A DNA stretch of 64,000 nt. It comes from a virus. The DNA lies in the IMG/VR virus record IMGVR_UViG_3300005805_009577, positions 32,001-96,000 of that record. The stretch is one strand, 5' to 3'. Numbering within the stretch: the stretch's first letter is position 1; every line of letters begins with the position of its first letter. Below are positions 45,792 through 53,947 of this stretch, piece after piece. The position numbers and the translations under genes are program-made. The notes under the pieces are model-generated. The model was not told the DNA's origin. It saw nothing but the letters and a program-made list of their open reading frames with translations, and did not search any database.

Positions 45792-46220
45792 ATGTTTAAT
45801 TCAATATTTACGTTTTTTAAAAATTTAGCCAAATATAAAGGAGAAATAAGTAGTTTATCTCCAGAAAAAGTAGAATTGTTAATTAGGTACAAAGGGGAAA
45901 TAGGCAGCTTATCTGCCGAAGAAATAGAAGTATTAAGTCTGCCGAGAAGTCCTTTTTGGAAAAAATTAAGAGAAGAGCATCTTCGAAAATCTCCAAATTG
46001 TTCAGTTTGCGGTAGCATAAAATCTGTTGTTCCTCATCATATTATTCCTTTTCATGTAAATCCTCAATTAGAATTAGACCCTAACAATCTTATAAGTTTG
46101 TGCGAAGGAGACACTTTTAACTGTCATTTATTTTTTGGTCATTTTAGAAAATGGACAAAGCACAATCCGGATGTTGTGCAAGATTCTTTGGAGTGGAGCA
46201 AAAAAATTAAAGGCATCTAA
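45792..46220 (+). CDS. HNH endonuclease
   Basis: W..LR..HL...P.CSVCG, HHI.P, NLISLC...CH; N-terminal 18-aa duplication YKGEI.SLS.E. Confidence 0.85.
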   Translation: MFNSIFTFFKNLAKYKGEISSLSPEKVELLIRYKGEIGSLSAEEIEVLSLPRSPFWKKLREEHLRKSPNCSVCGSIKSVVPHHIIPFHVNPQLELDPNNLISLCEGDTFNCHLFFGHFRKWTKHNPDVVQDSLEWSKKIKGI

Positions 46221-47281
46221 TGAATTGGGAAGAAAATTGCTTAAAAGCTTTAGAATTGGCGTTCGATGAAAAGAAGCTTTTAGATCCTTTAAAACAACAA
46301 AATTTTGAAGAAGCTATTAACTTGTTTGAAGATTCAATAAAATTAAATCCAAATAGAGCTTGGCCATATTTAAAATTTGCCGATATGAAGGAAAAAGATG
46401 AAGATAAAATTTCTCTATATATCAAGTCTCTAATAGCAGAAGATAACAGTTATGCAAAACAACATATTAAAAATATACTAAAAAAATATTTTACAAATAA
46501 AGATATTATTGACAACTGTATAATAATAAACGGACTTGTTGTAATAGCGAATGACGATTTCTTGCGAGAGCGGTTAATAAATATTATGCCCAGCCTAGGA
46601 TGGATAAAAGATAGATTTATAAAAGATATTCTAAAAGTTTTGATAGTTGGAAAAGAAGAAAAATTTATTCCTTTTGCTGGGGATGTTTATTATTGGTTTG
46701 GAGAAGATGTAAATTTTGGTTTTAAAAAATTAAAAATAAAGCCTCAAGAAAAGTCCAAAGTAATAAGGCTTGGGTATATCGGACAAATCACAGAAGATAG
46801 TAATATAGATAAATTAATAAACGCTGTTATTAAAATTAACCAAGAAGAAAAAAAGTATTCTTTGAACATATTAACAAAAAAGTATATTAACGAATATCAA
46901 TCTTTATACAATAAATTAAAAAATATAAAAATTGAAGAAAAAGACTATAAAGAAGAAGATCTAATACAGTATTATTCAAATATAGATTGTTATGTTTCTG
47001 TCTGTGAAGAAACTATTCATTGTGAACATCCATATGAATCTATTTACTTAGAAATTCCATCAATACTATCTGATATAAAAGCACATAAAAAAATAAAAAA
47101 ATATTGTTGTATGGCAAGCGGAAAATACGGAGTAACTGAACAAAGTTTAACAAGGTGTTTAAAAGAATTTCATCAAAATTACAATAAATATAAAGAAATG
47201 GCCAAGATGGGCTCTTCTGACTTGTTAACTTTTTATTCTTGGAAGGGCGGATTAGAAAAAGTTTTATTTGAAATTTATTGA
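46220..47281 (+). CDS. TPR plus GT-B-like glycosyltransferase protein
   Basis: TPR (FEEAI..F..SI.LNP); GYIG, YYSNIDCYV, E..YL.IP.I.SD. Confidence 0.55.
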   Translation: MNWEENCLKALELAFDEKKLLDPLKQQNFEEAINLFEDSIKLNPNRAWPYLKFADMKEKDEDKISLYIKSLIAEDNSYAKQHIKNILKKYFTNKDIIDNCIIINGLVVIANDDFLRERLINIMPSLGWIKDRFIKDILKVLIVGKEEKFIPFAGDVYYWFGEDVNFGFKKLKIKPQEKSKVIRLGYIGQITEDSNIDKLINAVIKINQEEKKYSLNILTKKYINEYQSLYNKLKNIKIEEKDYKEEDLIQYYSNIDCYVSVCEETIHCEHPYESIYLEIPSILSDIKAHKKIKKYCCMASGKYGVTEQSLTRCLKEFHQNYNKYKEMAKMGSSDLLTFYSWKGGLEKVLFEIY

Positions 47282-47293
47282 AATACTTTTGGT

Positions 47294-47299
47294 AGTACG
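47294..47299 (+). promoter_or_regulatory. AGTACG motif
   Basis: Intergenic, 11 nt before ATG 47310. Confidence 0.45.
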
Positions 47300-47309
47300 T
47301 TTTTAGTTT

Positions 47310-47546
47310 ATGAAAATCGAAGAAGCATCCAAATATAGCATAAGAAACAAAGACTTCATCGAGAAGTCAGACCTTTGCAGTTGCTATTATTGTTTTTCGA
47401 CTTTTAAAAAAGAAGAAATAGACAACTGGGCTGATTCTGGTCAGACAGCCATTTGTCCAAAATGTAGTGTTGATTCTGTTCTAGGGGACTATACAATAAA
47501 GTTTGACAAAGAATTTTTTGAAAAACTTCACGAATATTGGTTCTAA
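47310..47546 (+). CDS. Small Zn-binding conserved protein
   Basis: CSCYYC, EI..W.D, TA.CP.CS.DSVLG. Confidence 0.75.
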   Translation: MKIEEASKYSIRNKDFIEKSDLCSCYYCFSTFKKEEIDNWADSGQTAICPKCSVDSVLGDYTIKFDKEFFEKLHEYWF

Positions 47547-47556
47547 ATAGAATAAA

Positions 47557-47907
47557 GGGGGCGAAAAGTATCGATTGGATAAATGTTTGCATAATGTGCA
47601 AGTAGAAGTTAATCGAGCGGCTTCTATAAAACTCGATTAAACGCTTTAACTGGCGTAAATCAGTTAGCCCTTGCTGCCTGATAAAAAAGGCCGCAACAGT
47701 TTTAGGAAGCGATAAAGGTAGCGTCCGAAAAACTGTCGTAAAATCCTTTTGCTTCGGGTGATTCAACTAATCCCGATTAAGACTTAGTTGAAAGAAAAGA
47801 ACTGGGATTTGTTTTTTGTTCCCATCTTTTCTAACAAACAAAAGACTAAACTTGTAGATCATATGTGAATTTTATCGCAAGACTTGGCTGCGATGCCAAC
47901 GCCTCCA
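47557..47907 (+). ncRNA. ssrA: tmRNA, tag (A)GVNQLALAA
   Basis: GGGGGCG/CGCCTCC-A acceptor with G3-U70; tag ORF 47652-47681 after TAACT ending LAA-TGA-TAA; 351 nt. Confidence 0.92.
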
Positions 47908-47910
47908 CTT

Positions 47911-47945
47911 AACCCTAGCCATTAATTAATGGCTAGGGTTTTTTA
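47911..47945 (+). terminator. Intrinsic terminator after tmRNA
   Basis: AACCCTAGCCATTA/TAATGGCTAGGGTT plus T-tract. Confidence 0.85.
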
Positions 47946-48007
47946 TTTATTTTTTTTATTTATTTATTTATTTGAAGTAAAAAAATGATTAAATATAATA
48001 GAAGTTA

Positions 48008-48538
48008 ATGGCTTCTATTATTGTTAAGTGCTATAATTGCGAAAAGAGTTTCAAAAGAAATTCTTCTGAAATTAATAGAAACAAAAAGAAAAAAAGAAAA
48101 ACTTTTTGCAACCTATCTTGTGCAGGCAAATATACAATAAAAAACATTCCAAAAAATAAAAAAAGATGGGACCATTTAAATCCAGCGAACAGAAAAGATG
48201 AATATTCAAAGTTTAGATTTTTTTTAAAAGTGTGCAGAAAAAGATCTAAGCAAAAAAATAGAAAAATTAATATAACCTTACAAGATTTAAAGAATCAATG
48301 GAACAAACAAAAAGGAATCTGCCCTTACACAGGTTGGAAATTAATTGCCTTTAAAACAACTAACAATATTTTGCCCAAAACACCCGATAGGGCAAGTTTA
48401 GATAGAATAGACTCGTCTAAAGGTTATGTTAAAGGAAATGTACAATTTATATCATTAATAGCTCAATATGCTAAAAATGATTGGGATAAGAATGTAATTT
48501 TTAAGTTTTGCAAAAGCGTTGAAAAAAGAAAGAAATAA
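48008..48538 (+). CDS. Zinc-finger homing-type (HNH-like) endonuclease
   Basis: CYNC..F...FCN..C; W.KQ.G.CPYTG, SLDRIDSSKGY..GNVQ. Confidence 0.8.
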   Translation: MASIIVKCYNCEKSFKRNSSEINRNKKKKRKTFCNLSCAGKYTIKNIPKNKKRWDHLNPANRKDEYSKFRFFLKVCRKRSKQKNRKINITLQDLKNQWNKQKGICPYTGWKLIAFKTTNNILPKTPDRASLDRIDSSKGYVKGNVQFISLIAQYAKNDWDKNVIFKFCKSVEKRKK

Positions 48539-48541
48539 AAT

Positions 48542-49354
48542 ATGGAGAAAGACAAAAAAATCATTAAGTGGATATTACCAGCACAAAAAAAATCCGCTTA
48601 TAAAGTGAAGTTGCCTGAAAAAAAAAGAGAGTGGATGGATGTAAATAACGGACACGCATATAAGTGTTTGCCTTTAACGGTTGCAAATGGTTATGGATGG
48701 GAAGTGCTTAATCCAGTAAAGTTTGATGCAACATGGACTGGCGATTTGTCTCCAAAAAATCAAATAAAATTTAATTTTTATCCAGAGAATGAAGAGGAGC
48801 AAAGACTTACAAAGCAAATTTATTCTCATTTTGGGAACGGAATAATAACTTTTTCTTCTTTAAATTTTATATTCAGAACAACTGAAGGCCACAATCTTTT
48901 TATAAAAGGGCCAACAAATCATTTTAAGCATGGGGCACACGCATTAGAAGCAATTGTAGAAACGGATTGGCTTCCTTATACTTTTACTCTAAATTGGAAA
49001 TTAACCAAAGCAAATGAAACAGTTTTTTTTGAAAAAGGAGAACCAATCTCTTGTATTTTTCCCATACAAAGAGGATATTTAGAAAGTTTTGACGCAGTTG
49101 AATATTTGGGTGATCCGGATTCTGAATTCAGCAAACAACATGATTTTTGGGCCAATAAAAGAAGCGAGTTAAAAACAAATAAAAATAGAGATCATGCTTA
49201 TTATATTAAAGGTCTCCAGGATGCAGAAGAAAAAAGAGTTTATGAAAGTCATCAAAAAGTAATAAGGGCATCAGAATTTAGGGTCTTAGAGTTTGATCAA
49301 ATTAAAGAGCATGAAAATAAATTTATATTCGAACAAGAAAACACAAACAAATAA
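48542..49354 (+). CDS. DUF6065 family protein
   Basis: HAY.CLPL..AN..GW, HFG.G.ITF, GP.N, ETDW.PYTFT.NW. Confidence 0.8.
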   Translation: MEKDKKIIKWILPAQKKSAYKVKLPEKKREWMDVNNGHAYKCLPLTVANGYGWEVLNPVKFDATWTGDLSPKNQIKFNFYPENEEEQRLTKQIYSHFGNGIITFSSLNFIFRTTEGHNLFIKGPTNHFKHGAHALEAIVETDWLPYTFTLNWKLTKANETVFFEKGEPISCIFPIQRGYLESFDAVEYLGDPDSEFSKQHDFWANKRSELKTNKNRDHAYYIKGLQDAEEKRVYESHQKVIRASEFRVLEFDQIKEHENKFIFEQENTNK

Positions 49355-49446
49355 AAGGAAAGCTATTTTTTGGACTTTTGATAAAAATAAAGCTTTAAAT
49401 TATATAAATTGGGATTAACAATATTCTAACAAAAATGTGCAAAATA

Positions 49447-49474
49447 TTGACATAAATATTTTGTATGTTACAAT
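49447..49474 (+). promoter_or_regulatory. Sigma70-like promoter TTGACA-N16-TACAAT (extended -10 TG)
   Basis: Consensus match in 290-bp intergenic region. Confidence 0.55.
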
Positions 49475-49592
49475 ATTTTACAAAGTTCTTTAAGAAAAAA
49501 ACAAAAAACAAAAAACAAATAATTAAATACAAGTTTGATTATTTGAAAAAAAAATCATAAAAAATTTAATTGGTTTTTTAACACCGTATATG

Positions 49593-49612
49593 GGTACGGT
49601 TTTTTTATGTCG
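49593..49612 (+). promoter_or_regulatory. Putative phage promoter GGTACG-N8-ATGTCG
   Basis: Same spacing as 1331, 14784, 60930; overlaps ACCGTA/TACGGT hairpin. Confidence 0.55.
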
Positions 49613-49646
49613 AGTTTAATTACTTAAAAAGGAGTGCTATTTTTTT

Positions 49647-49928
49647 ATGACGACCGTTAGGCAACTTCGTCAAAATGGATATAAAGTCAGGGTTTTGCAT
49701 CATCGAATCAAGCGAATTGTAGCCATTGAAAATAATCCAAACGGCCATAAAAAAGAAATTATACACAATTTAGGTGGTAGCACCCAAATTATTATTGACG
49801 GCCCGGATGGCGAGCATTTTGAGGGCAAGGCTATTTGTTCTATGGTCGATAACTACAACAAAAAGCTTGGAGTTCAAATTGCTCTAGGTCGAGCAATGCT
49901 TAATCCTTTAAATTCGGTGAACTCATGA
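49647..49928 (+). CDS. Conserved phage protein
   Basis: LR..GYKVRV.H, GG.T, A.CS..DN..KK.G..IALGRA; AAGGAG RBS. Confidence 0.75.
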   Translation: MTTVRQLRQNGYKVRVLHHRIKRIVAIENNPNGHKKEIIHNLGGSTQIIIDGPDGEHFEGKAICSMVDNYNKKLGVQIALGRAMLNPLNSVNS

Positions 49929-50066
49929 TAATTGCATTTTATTGTCTCACCGTTTTTCTTCTTTTATACTGCGTTTATTTAACTTATAGGCTTGGAGAGG
50001 TTTTTATATTTGTTTTGTCTTTAAAAGAAAGGCTAAACATGATACAGGCTAAAGAATCTAATAAAA

Positions 50067-50315
50067 TTGATTGAGTTTTTATTAAACATACTTAATAATA
50101 TAGTACACTATATTATTATCCAATTAAGCTCTCTATTTAACCAGATTTACTGGTTCTTGTGGTCTTATTTAGACGAAGTGAAGGTTAATGGTTACTTTAT
50201 TTTGGGTTATATAATTTTTCTAGAAGTGACAGGGATTACGAGCATTACAATAGACATTATAATTGAAGATATATTAAAACCAAGAAAGTTAAAAATAATA
50301 AAATATAAACAGTGA
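50067..50315 (+). CDS. Putative membrane protein
   Basis: Hydrophobic ORF. Confidence 0.5.
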   Translation: MIEFLLNILNNIVHYIIIQLSSLFNQIYWFLWSYLDEVKVNGYFILGYIIFLEVTGITSITIDIIIEDILKPRKLKIIKYKQ

Positions 50316-50436
50316 GTTATCCAATCAAATTGTACACAGCGATTAATCAAATCAATAAATATTTTAAAAGTTTTACCCGGTATGCCGATATTTTGGAATA
50401 ATTGTAGAATTAATTAAATATTTTTAGTTCAACAAA

Positions 50437-50889
50437 ATGTTTGCTACTATCTACACAGACGCATCTAGCAATAATAAACAAAAAATTTGGAGCTATGCTT
50501 ATTATACTCGCTGCGATAAAGGAGTATATTCTGGCTCTGGTGTTGTTTCTGAATATTGTCAAGACATAAATTATGCAGAAATGTATTGTATAGTGAAAGC
50601 CGTAGAAGAAAGTATCGAAAAGTTTAGAAGTATTTCAAGAATTTTAGTTGTTACAGATAGTATATCTGCCCAATATTCTCTTTGGAGAGGCAGCAAAAAA
50701 CCTAAATATCAAAATATAATTAGAGAGTTCAGACAATTAGAAAAAAAAGTAGAAAAAATAATGATTAAGTGGACCAAAGGCCATAGGTCAGATGATAGTG
50801 ATCGTGCTTATTTAAATAACAAATGTGATGAAAGAGCTAAGCAAGTTATAAAAAATTTAGATGACACCCATATTGTTTTAGAGTGGTAA
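50437..50889 (+). CDS. Ribonuclease H family protein
   Basis: IYTDAS, N.AE, VVTDS, W.KGH, N..CD..A. Confidence 0.88.
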   Translation: MFATIYTDASSNNKQKIWSYAYYTRCDKGVYSGSGVVSEYCQDINYAEMYCIVKAVEESIEKFRSISRILVVTDSISAQYSLWRGSKKPKYQNIIREFRQLEKKVEKIMIKWTKGHRSDDSDRAYLNNKCDERAKQVIKNLDDTHIVLEW

Positions 50890-50897
50890 AGCGGTAA

Positions 50898-51452
50898 TTG
50901 ATGACTATTCATTCTGATTATATTCGCTTAAATTTAAAAGAATTATCTGACTTTCCAAAAATGCTTGTAGAGAAAGCATTTGAATTTTTAAACATAGAAA
51001 TAAAAGATCTTAGTTTAAGATTAAATTTTACAGATGTTAGTAATAGTCATGGAGCCCCTATTGGCAAAAAAACTAATTGGGGAGGCAGAGATCCTGACGA
51101 ACCGAGAAGTTATTTAGGTTGGCAAGGACAAATTTATTGTGTTGTTCTTGACAAAAGAGAAAATAATCATTATTGGTCAACAAGTGCCGGTCAAGTTCTT
51201 TTTGGAAGCGGACAATTTTATGACAAATATGGAAACGGGTTTAATGGGTTCCATACAGGAACAGGTTGTCCTGGTTATCCGAATGGAAATTCTGCTATGA
51301 ATATTAGTTTTTATTTCTTTTTAGATGATTTTCCTTTATTAAAATCTAATTACGAAAAGTGGAAATCTTTAACAAGCTTTAAAAATGAAAAAGAAGATTG
51401 GAAAAATATTAAATTAAAATATGGGCAATTTATTAATAAAGACTGGATTTAG
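50898..51452 (+). CDS. Hypothetical protein
   Basis: ORF track. Confidence 0.7.
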   Translation: MMTIHSDYIRLNLKELSDFPKMLVEKAFEFLNIEIKDLSLRLNFTDVSNSHGAPIGKKTNWGGRDPDEPRSYLGWQGQIYCVVLDKRENNHYWSTSAGQVLFGSGQFYDKYGNGFNGFHTGTGCPGYPNGNSAMNISFYFFLDDFPLLKSNYEKWKSLTSFKNEKEDWKNIKLKYGQFINKDWI

Positions 51453-51454
51453 AC

Positions 51455-51850
51455 ATGGATATTAAAGAATGTGTGATTATTAAAAATTATATCAAAAATT
51501 TAATTGATTATCATGTAAGGTTGGCAACGCCTAAATATAAAATATATGAAAAAGAACTAAAACAATTAGTAAAAGTTTCAAAAGATATATTTTGCATGAT
51601 GTATGAAGATAAACATATATCTACGCAAAATCAGTTTCTTTTATATTTAGATGATATAGTATTTTTAGATATTAACTATAATGATTTTAGAAAAAAATAC
51701 TTTCCAGTACACATGGCTACTAATAATAGAGAAGTTATAATTTTTGGTAGCAGGCAGTTTGGAGATTTTCTTATAATTACTATCGAGGATGCAAAAAAAA
51801 TATTAAAGCGTTCTCGTTTAAAAACTTTTCAAAGGAATCAAAATGAATAA
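51455..51850 (+). CDS. Hypothetical protein
   Basis: ORF track. Confidence 0.65.
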   Translation: MDIKECVIIKNYIKNLIDYHVRLATPKYKIYEKELKQLVKVSKDIFCMMYEDKHISTQNQFLLYLDDIVFLDINYNDFRKKYFPVHMATNNREVIIFGSRQFGDFLIITIEDAKKILKRSRLKTFQRNQNE

Positions 51851-52040
51851 AGAAGAAAAAACAAGATATTATTTAGATTTATGTAGTCTTATATTTGTGA
51901 TCACAGGCTACTTGCTAATTTATTATGCTCTTGGATTTTTGCCTGTCTTGGGTTTATTTTTAATTAGCTGGGGTGAAAATATAAATGCTTGTAGAAGATT
52001 AGAAAAAATTGGCGTAAAAGATTTTTGGACAAAAATATGA
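51843..52040 (+). CDS. Small membrane protein
   Basis: Hydrophobic core. Confidence 0.65.
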   Translation: MNKEEKTRYYLDLCSLIFVITGYLLIYYALGFLPVLGLFLISWGENINACRRLEKIGVKDFWTKI

Positions 52041-52069
52041 ATATGCTCTTTTCAAGAAAGTTTTAATAA

Positions 52070-52393
52070 ATGAATCTTTTAGAAATTTTCACAGATATAA
52101 TTAAAGAAGAGTGTGATAATGCCAAAAACTATAAAATATTTGGCACACAAGACTTTCATATTGAATCTATTGAAAAAATTGAAGATAAAGACGGAGCACT
52201 TTGTTTCAAAGTTACTACATGGAACGAAGTGCCAGAAAATTTTGATGAGAGTTCTAGACAAGTGAAAGAAATGAGTCTTTTTGAAATAATGGATCTTTTA
52301 GGAAGGATTATTGGTCATAGAGGTTGCAACAAGGCCGTTGATATTTTCATTTCTAATTCTCGACCAAAATGGCGGGGCATAAATTCAGATTAG
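52070..52393 (+). CDS. Hypothetical protein
   Basis: ORF track. Confidence 0.65.
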   Translation: MNLLEIFTDIIKEECDNAKNYKIFGTQDFHIESIEKIEDKDGALCFKVTTWNEVPENFDESSRQVKEMSLFEIMDLLGRIIGHRGCNKAVDIFISNSRPKWRGINSD

Positions 52394-52448
52394 TTTTCTG
52401 TTTCATCAAATAGACAAAAAAATAAAAAAAGAATAAAATAGTGTTATT

Positions 52449-52521
52449 GGCACCTTGACCCGAGAGGCTAGGGAGCGGATTGCAAATCCGTTTTACGCCG
52501 GTTCGAATCCGGCAGGTGCCT
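52449..52521 (+). tRNA. tRNA-Cys (anticodon GCA)
   Basis: GGCACCT/AGGTGCC-T (U73), GCGGA-TTGCAAA-TCCGT, GGTTCGAATCC. Confidence 0.93.
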
Positions 52522-52523
52522 TT

Positions 52524-52703
52524 ATGAACAATAAAGACTTGCTAAATAATTTTAAAAAAGAAAATTGTTCAAAATGCGGACAACCAACTAATAGAAAACA
52601 AACACGTTTAGAAAAAATGATTGGAACAATTTGGTGCAAAGACTGCATTTACAGCTACACTGTCCCTTTTGGCGGTAAAACAAATGACGTTGGTCCAAAA
52701 TAA
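52524..52703 (+). CDS. Zinc-ribbon protein (tandem paralog 1)
   Basis: LLNNFKKENCSKC...WCKDC. Confidence 0.7.
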   Translation: MNNKDLLNNFKKENCSKCGQPTNRKQTRLEKMIGTIWCKDCIYSYTVPFGGKTNDVGPK

Positions 52704-52935
52704 ATTAGATAATTTTAGAAAAAAAACTTGCTCTTTTTGCCGAAAAATAACATATGAAGAGTCAATGAAAATATTATTTAATAACAAAGAAATTGAAGCT
52801 ACTTTTTGTCAAAAATGCCAAGATATTAGCGAAGAAGAAAAAGCAATTATATGCCTAGGTCAAATAATTAAAAGTAACCCAGATAAGAATGTATCGGACA
52901 TACTAAAAATAATGGGCATGAATATTGATGAATGA
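52684..52935 (+). CDS. Zinc-ribbon protein (tandem paralog 2)
   Basis: LDNFRKKTCSFC...FCQKC. Confidence 0.7.
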   Translation: MTLVQNKLDNFRKKTCSFCRKITYEESMKILFNNKEIEATFCQKCQDISEEEKAIICLGQIIKSNPDKNVSDILKIMGMNIDE

Positions 52936-53134
52936 TGATTTAGAAAAATTTGAAAAGAAAAAATGTAGTTCTTGCAACAATTACTTTTATGAACTTCATG
53001 TGGAGCTTCCAAAATATAAAATTTTTATTTGCAAAGGTTGTAGTGAAAAAAACAACAACAAAACTACCGACATGTTTATTAGTATGTTAAAGTATGGTCG
53101 AATTAATATTAAAAATCAAAACAAGAAGTATTAA
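52925..53134 (+). CDS. Zinc-ribbon protein (tandem paralog 3)
   Basis: LEKFEKKKCSSC...ICKGC. Confidence 0.7.
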   Translation: MMNDDLEKFEKKKCSSCNNYFYELHVELPKYKIFICKGCSEKNNNKTTDMFISMLKYGRINIKNQNKKY

Positions 53135-53410
53135 ATGCTAATTACAAAAAACCTTGTTCTTACAAACGAAGTAAACGAAAAAGTAAGAGAAGCTTCTGCA
53201 TTTAGGGCTTTTATTAACAGTTGTATAAAAAGACATTTTAATTTAGATTTTGGAAACATAGATGATCACGACAAAGAAATTAACTTAAAAGCAGTTAAAT
53301 TCGGCGGAAGAGTAATGTCTGTATACGAATACAGCCCGATAACTAAAATTTATATTATCACAGAAGCAGATAGATCTGTAACCACTATACTTTTTCCAGA
53401 GGAATACTAA
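53135..53410 (+). CDS. Conserved plasmid/phage protein
   Basis: RH...DFG, R.MS.Y, IITEADRS.TTIL.PEEY. Confidence 0.75.
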   Translation: MLITKNLVLTNEVNEKVREASAFRAFINSCIKRHFNLDFGNIDDHDKEINLKAVKFGGRVMSVYEYSPITKIYIITEADRSVTTILFPEEY

Positions 53411-53934
53411 TGGGATATTTGACTACATTTACAATTTATAATGATGGCGTGGACTTGTTAGACGATAAAGAAAAGGCACTGAAGTTTGTTGAAGAATTAA
53501 AAGATGCTGCCCATGGTTTGCAAGAAAAAGATATATCTTTAGGAAGCTTTTGCAACTTTTGTAGAGTGCAAAAGCCTAGACATGCTGACGATAGAACAAT
53601 TTATGTTCATGCCGGAAATACTGTGCTTAACGTGGATCCTTATACGACAAATAAAATAATGGATGGAAATAAAGTTGTTGACGAGAGATTGATGAAATCA
53701 ATGTATAAAAGAAATAAAAATTATTTTAAGAAAATATTAGAAACAATAGCCCAAGATACAAAAGAATTGGTAGATATGATGGAAGAAGAGGACGTAAAGC
53801 AGTGCATAATCGAAGATACAGGCATTCTTCCCAATAAGAAATTATCAGACAAAATTCACCAAGAATTGATGCTTGAAGGTTTTAGAAACAAAGAAAATTT
53901 CACTTTGAACAACTATATTAAACTTTTTAATTAA
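53410..53934 (+). CDS. Hypothetical protein
   Basis: TAATG coupling. Confidence 0.7.
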   Translation: MGYLTTFTIYNDGVDLLDDKEKALKFVEELKDAAHGLQEKDISLGSFCNFCRVQKPRHADDRTIYVHAGNTVLNVDPYTTNKIMDGNKVVDERLMKSMYKRNKNYFKKILETIAQDTKELVDMMEEEDVKQCIIEDTGILPNKKLSDKIHQELMLEGFRNKENFTLNNYIKLFN

Positions 53935-53947
53935 AGGAATAATAAAG

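Noticed and set aside
45828-45935. 54-bp internal duplication in the HNH gene as a separate element
   Set aside because: It is a degenerate in-frame 18-aa duplication only, so it is recorded within the CDS.
47941-47975. TATT/T-rich run after the tmRNA terminator
   Set aside because: Low-complexity sequence expected in an AT-rich genome.
52455-52523. 5' extension of ORF 52455..52703 (MTREARERIANPFYAGSNPAG)
   Set aside because: It is the tRNA-Cys sequence read as codons; the real start is ATG 52524.
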